Shown piece by piece: positions 51,461-64,000 of a stretch of DNA of 64,000 nt. The DNA is from Camelus dromedarius. Its lineage: Eukaryota. The first letter of the stretch is position 1. Each line of letters starts with the position of its first letter. The position numbers were made by a program, and so were the translations under genes. Under the pieces are notes generated by a model, which did no database searches, was not told the DNA's origin, and worked only from the letters and a program-made list of their open reading frames with translations. The stretch is from positions 47,990,001 through 48,054,000 of the forward strand of contig NC_087436.1 in NCBI RefSeq assembly GCF_036321535.1, given 5' to 3'.

Positions 51461-53472
51461 ACTATTTATAATATAACCAAGGAGATAAAATAATACTATT
51501 ATTATCCTCAAATAAAAGTGTTACTTTTTACAAAAGTTAAATATATATAAAAGCATAAAAAATTAAAATCAAACCAAATCTTACCATTCAAAATTCATAC
51601 TTTCATAAAAAAATGTAGAGATGTCATAAATAATCTGGAAATAAAAACCGATTTTCAAAATGAAATATTTTTAGGAAGCATTTATCCTTACGAAAAAATT
51701 CTATAAGCTACGTTGCAGCAAATATTACCATTATAAAAGTTACCATGAATTACACTATATGATATGTATTACAAAGATCTTAGAAAAAGATGAACACAAA
51801 AGAGTGGTAAGAAAGTGATTATGTCATAATATATATTGTTTATCGTTGATTGCATCATCCCTTTGTGGCTTGACCACCCAGAAGCAATTTACAGTCAGTA
51901 CCACTTGTTCCAGTAAAAACCTCGTTACGCTCCAGCCCTTGCACAATTTGTTTATTTCCTCCTTTACTGTTTTTTCATTACTTTATTCTTACCATACTTT
52001 TACTTCTAGTAAACAGATTTTATTAAACACAATTTGCTGTGAGTGTACAGATTTAAGTTAATTTGAAACCATTTACTGAAAAGGTATAGAGTCTGTATAT
52101 CACATTTCAACAAACACATCATACTTTGTAGAATAAGAATGGTATATTTTAATGGGCCTTGAAATAAGTTAAGCAACCTGTTCTAAGGAATTTGCTAATT
52201 CTATTAAAATGAATAAATCAAACTTATATTTTAATATACATGATTTTAACAACATGATAAATGCTATTACATAGATATTATAGAATGTTCTTATATACAA
52301 CCAATGATTTATTAATATAAAGCACAAATTGTCACTCTGCATATTTTTGGAATTTAAAAAATTCAATTGTTTTTTATTTTTTTCCATTTCCTCAATAAAA
52401 GACCAACCTGTATGTCACTGGTTTTAGTCTGCAAGCCTTGTTTGTTCTGCCAATTGGGTACAAAACATTTTACTGAAAGGAATGAGAATTCACTTAGTAA
52501 GTGTCCACATTCTCCTACTTACAAGTTGACCATCATAAGTACTAGTCTTCTTAATGTGATTAAGAGGAGACTAGAACACCCTTTTTTTCTTTCTGGGTAT
52601 TCTTTTTTGCCCAAATTTCTGTCCTTCAATGCTGATACCACCTGCTACTTGATTATTATTTTCTGATCCAGGAGTTACCGGCAAATATTGAAGAAGGTTT
52701 GGGCTCAGAGAATTTCTTGAGTCTATGGATTGACATATTTCATCAGTTTTGAGTGTATTTAATATTTGTGGATAATTACCCAAGAAATTGGCAACAGCAA
52801 TTTTCTCTTATGATTTGGGGGCCAGGAGAAAAAGGCAGGTTTATTTTCCACATATACATTTTTCAATTGTTTGTTTAACATTATCATTTTGACTGTTTAA
52901 CCACTACATGAAATTTGCACAGACTTTAGAATACGGGCAATGTCTGAAAATACAGTCAGAAGATTCAAGAAGATTAAATATTTTCTCATGTTGTGGAAGT
53001 GACAAAAAAATCTATCATTTTAGTTAGATTTTAATATGTGTACATGGAAATTTATAATGTTGAAAAGCGACATCATAAAAATGATACTCTGGCCTAGCTT
53101 TCAATTATACTGTATTTTGCTAGGTAAAGGCTATATACTGCTTACAAATAAGTCATAGAAAATAAACAAATGTTGGTTAATACTTTATGAGAAAACTCAA
53201 TACCAAATTAATGAAAGCTTCTTTTGAAAGAAACAAAAATAAACCTCTTTGAATACCTTAATATGTGCCTAGCACAGTTGGTTTGACAGGGAAATTTCTT
53301 CTTAAAAAGTCCTATTATGACTAAACTCCATAAGAAATTAAAACTTTTAAAATTTTCATAAATGTATTTAAATTGAGCAAGCTTGTAAGACCTGGAAATA
53401 TGAAGCATCAGCTGCACATTCTGACCTATGATATTTATTCTGAGATTTCATTTAAATAGAATCAAAGATACC

Positions 53473-53523
53473 TATCTGTCTGTCTGTCTATGTATGTATG
53501 TATGTATGTATCTATCTATCTAT
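53473..53523. repeat. Compound tetranucleotide repeat (TCTG/TATG/TATC)
   Basis: Directly visible. Confidence 0.9.
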
Positions 53524-53624
53524 TTTCCTCTTTCTTTTCTCATTCTCCTTCTTGACTCTTAATTTGCCTTTCCTTTCTCCCTTCCTCTCTCTGAATAATT
53601 AAGTTCAAAGCCCTGAGGTGATGC

Positions 53625-54520
53625 CGAGCCAGGTAGGTGTCTACAGTGGGGAGACTCAATGAGTGATGGTGGTCTAGACGGAGGTACAGGTGTCCAAACA
53701 AGGTGAAGAAGGCTTCTGCACAGAAGGACTGCCACAACTGGGCATTGAAAGCCAAGAATGATAAAGGGAATATCCATGCCTTAGAGCATCCCATTGTAGA
53801 GTATCACAGTCCAAGAAGGGTGAGTAGGGCATCCCCCAGAGGGTTGACCTAATAAGGGGTATCAGAACCTAAATGTGGATGGGAGGAATGACCAGAGCTG
53901 GGGGTCAAAGCCCAAACTGTAAGAAAATCATCCACTCAAAGAAAAGTCTCATTACAGGACATTAGAACCTGAAGACAGAGAAGAGAGGATTCAAGTATGA
54001 GGGCCTGGCATAGATTGTCAGAGCTTGAGGGGGATGAGGAAGTATCCATGCTCAGCAGTTCCCTGGCACAGCATGCCAGAAATCAAGCAGGTTGAGAAGA
54101 GCATCTGTGGAAGGATGACCTGACACAGAGTGTCAGTGACCAATTAGGGTGAGGTAAACATCAAGGTGGGGGCAGGAGGTGGGAAGCCTGACTTAAGGAT
54201 GCACATTTCAAGCAGAGTAAGGAGAATATCCATGCTGGCATGAGGTGAGGGGAGAAGAAGGGAAGCAGCAGTAAAAGTTTGGGGCCTAATCTGAGAACCC
54301 AAGTGAGATTAGGAGGGTATTTGCAAAGAGGAAGAGGCATTGTGCCAGAAAGCAGGAGGTAACCAAAGAATGATCGGTACGTGTCAAAAGGACGTGTCAA
54401 AAGGTTCACACTGGTCAAATCTAGGACAATATGAGCACCAAAAAAAAAAAAAAATAATGACAGTAAAGAATAAGAAACCGTACACCAATATTGATATAAA
54501 TAACTAAATGAATAAATTGA
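53625..54520 (+). mobile_element. Probable L1MD/MC-type 3' region including a degenerate ~57-bp array
   Basis: gtgccagaaagcaggagg...caaagaatgat...tgtcaaaaggac...cactggtcaaatctaggacaat.tgagca resembles the L1MD 3' UTR as I recall it. Confidence 0.55.
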
Positions 54521-54533
54521 CAGTTTGATTAAC

Positions 54534-54750
54534 GTATGAGTTTTCTGGGGCTATATCACAAATTACCACAGTCTTAGTGGCTTTAAACAACTCACATTTA
54601 CTCATATAGTTTCTGGAGGTCACAAGTCTGGGCACTGCTTAGCTAGGTTCTCATTTAGGGCCTTGCCAGGCTGCAATCCAGCTGTCAGCCAGGGCTGTGG
54701 TCTCATCAGAGGCTCAACTAGGGAAAGATCTGCTTCCAGACTCCCTCAGT
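54534..54750 (-). mobile_element. Partial MLT1 (D/E-like) MaLR LTR
   Basis: acaaattaccaca..cttagtggctttaaacaac...gtttctggaggtca.aagtctggg...ggctgcaatc. Confidence 0.75.
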
Positions 54751-55386
54751 AGGAGCATCAGTTATTTCTGAGGCCACAGGAAGAATGCTGTTTAGATATG
54801 ACATTGGTGAATCTAGTTGGTGAATGACGGCTAGTTAACTTAATTGATTTTTACTTGATCCTGTGCCTCCTAGATTTATCTCCTTGTTTGGTTGCCCATA
54901 TTCTAGTGAACAGGTATTTAAGTGTTTTCAGGAGTACTGATATTAAAGCTTTTGTTCTTTTTTTTTTTTTTTTTTTGAGAAAATATCGTTCCAAACAGGC
55001 CTCCTAGCATCATTTTGTTTCACTGATTCCATCTCAATTTGGAGCCTCAGTTAAAGCTTTACATTTTCGTGTGTGCATGTGTGTATTTTTCCCTTGTAAT
55101 AGCTGTAGGGTAATATATTGGATAGGCCCATGAGTATACTGCTTGGGTTTGAATTCTGGCTTAGAAGCTTATAAACTGTGACCTTGGACAAGTTACTTAA
55201 TCTCTTTGTGTTTCAGTTCCTCTCTGTAAATTATATATAATGGTAGTATCTATTTCAAAAAATGAATTAATATATGTGAAGCAAGTCATACATGTGGGAC
55301 AGGCTGTAAACATCCCAATGAAAGTTATTACTTTATTTAATATTTATATCACAGGGTATACATATTACTATAAAATACGCTATGAG

Positions 55387-55520
55387 TTTTACTTAATATT
55401 AAGTTTATACGTTAGAGCTAGCTCAATTTTTTTACTTAATATTAAGTTTATACGTTAGAGCTAGCTCAATTTTTTTACTTAATATTAAGTTTATACGTTA
55501 GAGCTAGCTCAATTTTTTTA
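55387..55520. repeat. Perfect tandem triplication of a 43-bp unit
   Basis: acttaatattaagtttatacgttagagctagctcaattttttt starts at 55391, 55434 and 55477. Confidence 0.97.
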
Positions 55521-57201
55521 TGGCTTAACCTTCCCAAAATACTTCTTTGTAACAGCAAAACTGGTGAAGCACTAACAGAAAGCAATACACTCTGTTATTT
55601 TCCTTGATGACTTTCCGGATATTAAAGTTAAAAAACAAAAAGCCCTTTGGGAAAATACACTACAAATAATAATCATAGAGACCATTCAGGAAATGTTTAA
55701 AAAACCCAAGAGGGTGACCTTAGTTTACATTGCAAATAGATGATAATTAGATGATAACATATTGATTGCCTTTTTCAAATGCCTGAGCATTTTTAAAGCT
55801 GATAAACGGAATAGCTCCCAACAAGCTATTATTTTGACCAACTGCTTTAATATCCTCTTAACTTCTTACTATCATTCCCTCATCAGCATTTAGGCTGGAG
55901 AATCAGAAACACACACAAGGCTCTAGTTATGCCCTTGTTCCTGAGCCATTAAAAAGAAGGACCTTCCTTCAGCTTATGCAACTTGCACTGAAACAATTCC
56001 CTCACTTCTCAGTCAGTCTTTGCCTCTTAGACCTTGGCCTTTATCCTCATCTGGACTCTGTCCCTCCATTAGTACCTACAATAGGTTCAGACCCACTGGG
56101 TTTTATTTTCTTGGCCTGGCTTCAAGATTGAGAGCTTTTCTCACTGCTGGCCCGCGGCTAGCTGATCAAGGGCTCCCCAGTGGACATGGATCTAGATGCC
56201 TGTTTAACTTCTGTCCTCAGCATTTCAAAATTATTAGTCAGGATCTGGATTGGGGCCAAAAGAATATGAATATTTTCAGATGCACAGTTATTCCCATACT
56301 TCCCTTACCCCCCTGCATCTGGAAGACAGATAATGACTCCCCCAGAGTCTTGCTTATCCATACCCCATATTAATTTTAGTTATGATCCTAAGTTAATAGC
56401 TCACTCCTGGCTATTAAGTTTAGGAAAGCTTGAGTGGATCTGGAGACTCTGGCATGCTGAGTTACCGCAAAGTGGCTTTTGGACACGTGGAAAGCCTAGT
56501 GGAATTGAAGACTTATGCCATGGAGCACTAAAGCTTAAAGCATACCCTGAGTCTTCCTCACATTAGTTGATTCTGCCATTTTCATTCCAATAGGATAGGT
56601 CCATGACAGTCTGAATTAACTGTAAGATAAGTGCAGTTCCAAGCCAACCCGTTGTCAGTGTGACCTTCCATTCCTGAAAACCACTCAGTCCCCAGGCATC
56701 TATGCCTCCAGCTGCATCAATATAAATACAAGGTCCTTGTTTCTGAGAAGCCCAACTGTTAAACTCATCTGCAGGTACGCAGTGCCTCATGGAAGCCCAG
56801 TCTCTAAGAGGCCCTTTTCTCTTTAAATTCTCTGGTCTCAAGTTCTTTCTCTCTGGGGAAAGGTAACTCTGATCTCACTACGTCCTAATTTCTGGGGATA
56901 GCGGAACACAGGCTGAATCTGTAAATGGAACAAGGGTAGCCAGCAGTAGCTCTTCTGCCGAGTGAGGCTCCTGATTTCTAGTACTGCCACTGCATTCCCC
57001 ACCACTCTATTCTCTATGTCTTTTTCCTACTCATACTTCTTCGTTATTCCTTTGATCACTTGATTGCTCTCTTTTAAATTTTTTATGATCACCTAATTCA
57101 ACTCTTGCTGTTTTCCTTCTTGACGTCCATTTCCCCCACCCTTTCTTTAGAAGAATTTCCCAGAAGACTGCTCCTATTTTGTATAAGCATATAGCTCTGG
57201 C

Positions 57202-57535
57202 TGACCTAACAAAATAGATTGCCAGTTATTCTTCCAGCAAAAACATGGGTTTATTCAGGATGAACAAAGGACTGCAATTCAGAGTCTACAACCACGGCAA
57301 GCCACACGTGGCAAGTCCCCCACAAAAATGGAGAGCACTCTTTTATAGAGGGAAAGGAAGTTGGGAGGGCAAATGTAAACAGACCATGGAGTTACACTGG
57401 CTGAGTCCTTGTCAGGAAAGAAGAGGAGTCTTTCTTCTTCCTGTCGGGCTCTGCTATCACCAAAGAGTGTGACAGCTCCTCCTTCTAGTCTGCTGACTCA
57501 GTTTAATTGAGGTTTCTGTTTATTAATTTTTTACA
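57202..57535 (-). mobile_element. Short ERV-type solo LTR
   Basis: The minus strand begins tgtaaaaaattaataaacagaaacctc, contains TATAAAA and then AATAAA, and ends ...ttaggtca. TSD not evident. Confidence 0.6.
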
Positions 57536-60500
57536 CTTTTATACATGAAAGTTTCTCTTCTCATTTTGATTCACACTTCAATCATATTCCATAAACTCAA
57601 GGGAAAAAAAAAGCTAATTTGACTTTTCTTAATACTAAATATTTACCTTAACTAACAAAAGAAAAATTTGTCAGATGCTTAGTGTATGTCTTAGGTATAC
57701 ATCTCAAGCCCAGGAAGCAAGTCTCTACTTATTTCCCATATTTCCAGAAAAGTCAAAAATTAAAACAAAGCAGTCATTGCCTATAAATACATAGAATTAT
57801 TTTTAAATATTATATTTAGACTAAGAAAATATTTGCATGAGATGTAGAAAATATCCAGCTTCAGTATAATCTTGGCTGAGTTAAAAGTCTATCTTTCTTC
57901 CCATAATTTGTCATGAGAGAAATGGAACCTTCCATAAACTACATATAAATTACTAAAATTCAAGTAAAAATGAAAATTGGATACAAAATTACTGACTTTC
58001 TATAAATAAATAATAAAATCCAACTCTGTTTCTTGTAGTTAGTGGAAAAAATGTGGGCTGAGAAAGAAAATGCAATTCCCTGTTAATTCCAAATTGTTAA
58101 TTTTGTACCATATGTATGATATATTTAATCACAGAAATTTAATAGGAAGTATGCTAGTATAAAACTTTAGGATAAACAGATGATAAATATTATGTCCTAT
58201 GAGTTTTGCCAAAAATGAAGTGAGTTCATGTACCATTGAATGAACACAATGAATAAACACTGAGAATTAAAGATTAATTAAAGCAGAATAAATTAAATTT
58301 TCCTTACGTATCTATAGACTATAAAGCACTATTTTGATTGTATGAAAAAACAACTCCTACTGTTATAGAACACAAAAAAGAAGACATCAAACATCATCAC
58401 ACGCATATACTTATTAGAAAAGGTATTAATTTTTTGTTGATTCCATATTTGAATGACTTTGTTTACCAAGATCTTTTGTTGAATTTATTTCCTTAAAACA
58501 AAAATAAGCTTTAGACATGAAAAAAAAAAAATTTAGTTATTCTCCCTTTAGATGTCTTTTGTAACAAGCCTATAAAAATTTTCAAAACTATTTTGTTAAT
58601 ATGAATAGAAGGTAAGTGAGCAGTTTATTAGATGCAAGTAAAAATCAAATAATATGAAGACTTTAGTAAACATAAATGGGTATCTGAGTTCTTACAAAAT
58701 AAACCAAAGACATAGGATAAACTATCGTGTCAAAATGTAGAAGCTGAAAAGAATGATTTGGGCCACCAGATGATACCCACATCACTGAATGAATGAAAAG
58801 GATGCATAGGGTATGAAAAACATTAAATTGTAGAAAAACATACTAAGATATTTCAAGTTTTTCCAACAGTACATAAGTATTAATTTCATGCTGAAGAGAC
58901 TTTGGCTATATAGGATTCCTAAATGATACTGAAAAAATGGAAAACAAAACAAGATTATTTCTAAATTTTGAAAATATAGTTTACTTAGTCTGTGAGATCA
59001 TGATTAACTAAAGATCCCAAGACTTTTTAGTTTTGATTTTATACTAAAGAAGCAGGAATCTCTGGTAAGTGGCTCCTTCCTAAAAAACATTTTTTTGTGA
59101 CCAGCAGATGATCTCTTTAGTTAGCTTCCACTGAGATGTATGTTTGAGAACAAAGAATCTGTCTTTAACAGAGTCAGTCCAATGCCATATTCTTCTGAGG
59201 AAACCAGATAGTCACTGTAGCACATTTAGTTATATAAGTCATGAGAGAAAATATCTCCCTGTCCCCAACTGACCACCACTACTACTCAAATCAGGAGTAT
59301 TAACAACCATCATATTTCTCTTTACTAACTGATCGCTGGAATTTACATGAAAATATTTCACCACATTTCAAAAGAATCTTTTTGTATATGAAATTACAGC
59401 AAATCAATTTAACTATGGCAAAAGAATAATGATATGATTTTGTGTGTTAGTTCTGGTTGAAGAATTTATAATGATAACAATTAGTGTTTGTATAGGTTTT
59501 TAAGTTATTTTAAGTGATGCTCAAATACCTTATTTCTTGTCTTTTCATTTTTCTTATTTGGAAAATATTTACTAAGCATCTACTCTGTGACAAGCACTGG
59601 ATTAGGTGCTAGAGATAGAACTGCAATAAGGACAGAAGGCCCTATCCTCAAAAAACTTACAGCCTCACAAGGTCATCATAAAAACCTACGAGGTAAAGCA
59701 TAATGTCCACCTTACAGATCAAGAAATTGGACCTCAGGGAGATTATGTGACTTGCCAACATTGATACATTTAACACACAGAAATCAAAACTTGAAGGCTG
59801 GTTTATGTATTCTTTTTTTTTTTTTAACTCAACAAACAATTGGGAAATAGCTGTAAGAGGTTAAGTAGAGTTTCTGAAGAGTACTTTGGGTGGTGAATTT
59901 TTGAATTATGCTACTAATCCCTCCAGACGACTTTAGGACTCTCTGGCTACCTTACAGGAGTGAAAAAGTTGAGCAAGCCCATTTTGCAGCTACCTGAGGG
60001 CATGTTCCTTCCCCCAACATCCCAAGGTAGATCTCTGTTGCTTTTAGGTCACTAAGAACCTCAGGCAGATCATGTCTGTAGAACCCACATTGCTCTGCTC
60101 CTTAGCTGCTTCCTGAGTCTTCTTTCCCCAGTCATCTTCTTCCATTATGATTCATTAAAAGGGAGACATGCTATGTTTAGTGTCACTTTCGGAGAGCATC
60201 ACAGTAGTCATCTGATTTTTCAAAAGGCTTTCATTCTCCTATAATTTGTTGATCAAATTTCCTTAGATATGTAAATTACTTTTGGCATACATTCTCTGAA
60301 TTAAATAATTTTTCTTTTAACATGGAGTAGTTTGGAGGAATTCCCACATATGCTTTGTGGCTGGATTTTAAGACCTGAGAACTGAATGAATACCAAGCTT
60401 GCTTGAAAGTCATTTGACAAGTCAGCATTCTCTGTAAGTCAAGCTTCATACCAAGACTTAGAAGCATTGAGATTATTACTTTAAACTCGATGGCATTTTT

Positions 60501-61734
60501 AGCTTTTAAAATATCAAGTTCCAAAGTTAAAATGGAATCTTTTTAAATTTATAAAGCTGGCTCTTGCTTCCTGGTAATAGATCACAATAGCATAGTGAAG
60601 TAGAAGTTCATATCTGGACAGAAGGGCTAAAAAATTCTATGCCTATAGTTCTGAAAATTAAGGAATGTTATACCATATTTCTCCCAGAAAGGGTTGGATA
60701 GCATTTCACTCAACTGCTGCATTCTGGGACAAAGGTAACAGAGAAAAAGAGAGGAAGGAGTCTTAAGAATCTGATTGTCAGAGGAGTTCCTAATGACGTC
60801 TCCAAAATGGTATTTTCAAAGTGACTGTTTTCTCCTGGAACAACAAGGCATAGAAGTGTATACAGTCAGTACATGATAATTCTTCCATACACACACACAC
60901 ACACAAAATTAAATTGAAAAAAAATATCTTAGATTATCATTTCTTAATAAGTAACAACAGAAAAGTCCTGAAAAAACTTTTGGAAAATAACGTGAAATAA
61001 GCAATCATAATATTTCCAAAAGAGCTAAATCTCTTTCTTAATTTTGTAATCCATGTCCCTGTCAACACTATCCCTCTGCCACTGCCAAGAATGTCTAATT
61101 ATCTCAAGAGGAATAGTAAAAGTCTCCAAATGAAATGGATTTGAATTTAATTTCCCATAGACTATATGTTACAGAGGACATTTGTAGGTGTGGAAGGGCA
61201 GTATATTTATATTTGCTACTCTAGTATAAAGAATGGAGAATGCCATAGTGTAGGCAACCAATGTTTTTAAAAAAAAAAGAACCATTGTTAAATAAAGTAG
61301 AAGGTGAAAAAGGTAAGTTCTTAAAACCATCAAAAGATCAAGTATGCTCATTTTAACTTTTGAACTGCAATGCATTTCTAACAGTTTAGTTACTCACTGG
61401 TTTGTAAGGAAATACCACCTCCCTTAGTAAGATAAGATCCTCAAATTCAAAGCTGTAATGTAGGAAGCAAATTAACCTCATAAAGATAGCTGCTATTTCG
61501 AGGTTGAAACTATTTTAAATGTATTTCCTACATTTCATACCGTTTAGTGTTTATAACTACACTAACATGTATCTGCTTTAACCCCATTTTAGTGACCAGG
61601 AAACAAGATGATTAAGTAACTTGTCTAAGACAACACAGATTCTAAATCGAAACACAAGTTCTTAAATTTGATGTTTGAGTTTTTAACGTGCTTGTCTAGA
61701 ATACTTTCTTTGATCAGCTCAATAAGATTGAGAA

Positions 61735-62780
61735 AGATACTAGAAATCAAAAAATAGAAAATTAGAAACTAATTTTGCTCAGCTATAGCCAGGGATATCC
61801 ATTACACAGGAAAATCAATAATCCAATAATAAAATTGATTTAATTGCTTCCTATATTTTGACTCCTAAAGAAAACGCACCTTCTTCAAATCCCATAGAAA
61901 CCTAAAAATTGATTATATATTAGGCCAGAAAGCATATCTTTCAAAATTTCCAGGCACAGAAATTGTACAAGCTACAGTCTCCATCCACAGTACAATAAAC
62001 TAGGAAATAACAGGAAGAGTTAAAGGAAAAACAAACATCCACAGTATTTACCCATTTGGAAATTTAACAGCACTTTCTTAAATAAGTCCTATATCATTTC
62101 TCAATGCAACTGCATTGAGACTAGTTAGATATTGTAACTGCACTGCAAGTTATGGGATACAGCTCAAGAGGAAAAAAAATTGTAGCCTTAAATGTTCTTA
62201 GTATTAATCAAGAAAGAATGAGAACAAATTAAATATTCAATGCAAGAAATTAGTAAGAGCACTCCATCCCACAAAAGCCAAGCTTAAGAAACCCATGAGG
62301 AAATAATAAAAAGAGCAGAAGCTAAAAGAAAAGAAAACAGAAATGCAGCAGAATTGCTAATTGTACTTAAAAGCTGGTTCTCTGAAAAGATCTATGACAC
62401 ATAACAAGCCTCTGGAATAGCTGTGAGATGAAAAGACAGAACTACAGGCATAAACAACCTTAGGAATGAGAAAGGGTACATGACCACAAATATGGAAGAA
62501 TGTTTTTTTAAAAATAATAAAATATATAACTAAGCTGTAAACTTTGAAAATTTAGATTGCCTTTATGTTTCTCTAGGACATATAAATGATCAACATCGAA
62601 GAAGGAAGTAATAGGCTGCCCAAACCATAAAACAAAATGAAAACATTGTCAAGGAACTACCATCATTCTGGCCCTGTGTTCAGGGCCCATATGCTTTTAG
62701 CAATGAGTTCCAGCAAATCGATGAGAAATTGATAATTCCCCTTAGTCCTTAACTATCTGAGCTCACAAAAGAGGCAGAAA
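61735..62780 (+). mobile_element. Ancient L1 ORF2 (endonuclease-to-Z region) remnant
   Basis: A-rich, with attgattatatattaggcca.aaag, atttggaaattt, tatgggatacagct and aaagctggttctctgaaaagatc motifs. Confidence 0.7.
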
Positions 62781-63439
62781 TATTTTACCTTTAAGAATCT
62801 AAGATAAATATATTTTAATTTATTTTCCATGGAACATGAAGAGCTCTTTCAGTATCCATCAGGTATTTTTTTTCCGTGTCATAAAATAATCTCTACTATG
62901 TATTGTTGATTATTGCTTCTTTTCTACTTAGTCTAATATCTTCTCCAGGAGTATCAATTTTCAACTCAACTCTTTTCCAAACTCACACAAGTTTATCTTA
63001 CACATTATTGGTTAAATTGCATACAGTACCAGTATATGTATATTGTGGATTTTAAATTTGGTATCAAGCTACATTTTCTTAAAATTCTTTCTAATCTCCT
63101 GCCATTATTTTTACCCCATCCTACTGTTTTTTCTCTTTTCTCCTTTTATCTCCACTTAGTGATTTCAGGTTTTCTTCTCTCTCCTGATACAGCATTAATG
63201 ATTTCATATAAATTCTTAACATTGTCTTCTGGATTTCACATGAGACAATTTTCAGAGGTGGCTATTCCTTTGTTTTATTAGAATGATATTTAATTTCTCA
63301 CGTTCTGTCATTTTTTCATTGATTCCAATGATGTTTTATTTCTTTATAAAATTTGAAGTGGTGAATCTCTGAGGTAGGTCTGGTGCAGAACCCACCTGGG
63401 TCCTACTCTCTTTCTGTATTACTTCATGATGAACAATCC

Positions 63440-63660
63440 AGACACTGGATCCAGGCTGCCTGGGTTCAAATCCAAATTTTATCACTTACTAGTTCTGTGA
63501 GCCTTACTTTTCTATGCTTCAGTTTCCATCTGTAAAGTTTGGGTAATACAATGACTGTAACTCCCTCATAAGGTTTCTAGGAAAATTAAACAAGTTAATT
63601 TACATAAAGGGTTTAGGATATCTGGCATATTCTAAGCACTGTAGAAGTGGTAGCAATTTT
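63440..63660 (+). mobile_element. MIR SINE
   Basis: ctgcctgggttcaaatcc...cacttactagttctgtga...cttcagtttcc.atctgtaaa. Confidence 0.75.
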
Positions 63661-64000
63661 GCCATGGTTGAAGGAAGACCTCAGATCAACATAAGAGCAG
63701 GCTAATATTCATAGTTGTCAATTTAATTTCAGTTTTTTGCCAGAGAGAGCAGCCATATAGACATATTATTTTCTCCTTTCCCCACACCTGGTTCTGTAGT
63801 TCTCTGAATTTTTGAAAAAAATGATAATATTCCCAGAAATCAGGCAACAAATATTCTTCTTATCTCACTACACAATGCCATGACATTTCCTTTCTTTTCA
63901 TGTCCAACTGTTTGCTTGGAGTTGCTATTTCTGTATGAATGCAAAAAGAAGATAGAAGACTCTGGAGACAGGGATTATAGACAGAAGGAACCAGGATCCT

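Noticed and set aside
55387..55520. CRISPR-like palindromic array
   Set aside because: Mammalian context, identical contiguous units, no unique spacers and no cas genes.

Overview
Mammalian (placental) genomic DNA, most likely from a camelid-like cetartiodactyl. This is inferred from the repeats: young L1 3' ends are abundant, and I recognised no Alu, B1/B2, Bov-tA/BovB, PRE1, CHR or SINEC elements. The window holds the 3' part of DKK2 (Dickkopf-2, a secreted Wnt/LRP6 modulator) on the + strand: exon 2 (4700-4850), exon 3 (6006-6161) and exon 4 (coding 13414-13664, 3' UTR to about 15680, ATTAAA at 15655). Exon 1 lies upstream of the window. The remaining ~48 kb appears gene-free and consists of L1, L2, MIR, CR1/L3, MaLR/ERVL/ERV1 LTRs, hAT-Charlie fragments and simple repeats. 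Almost all ORFs in the track are transposon remnants or chance ORFs. I found no convincing novel biological system. The clearest structural oddities are: a 143-bp, 91%-identical inverted duplication enclosing 1.8 kb (22531-24610); a miniature twin-primed L1 insertion (21293-21480); a 7.25-kb intron 3 bracketed by an antisense L1 5' end and an L1 tail; two same-family solo LTRs 366 bp apart; a perfect triplication of a 43-bp double-palindrome unit; and a 24-bp exact direct repeat 2.1 kb apart. Repeat family names come from recognising consensus motifs by eye and need RepeatMasker/Dfam confirmation.
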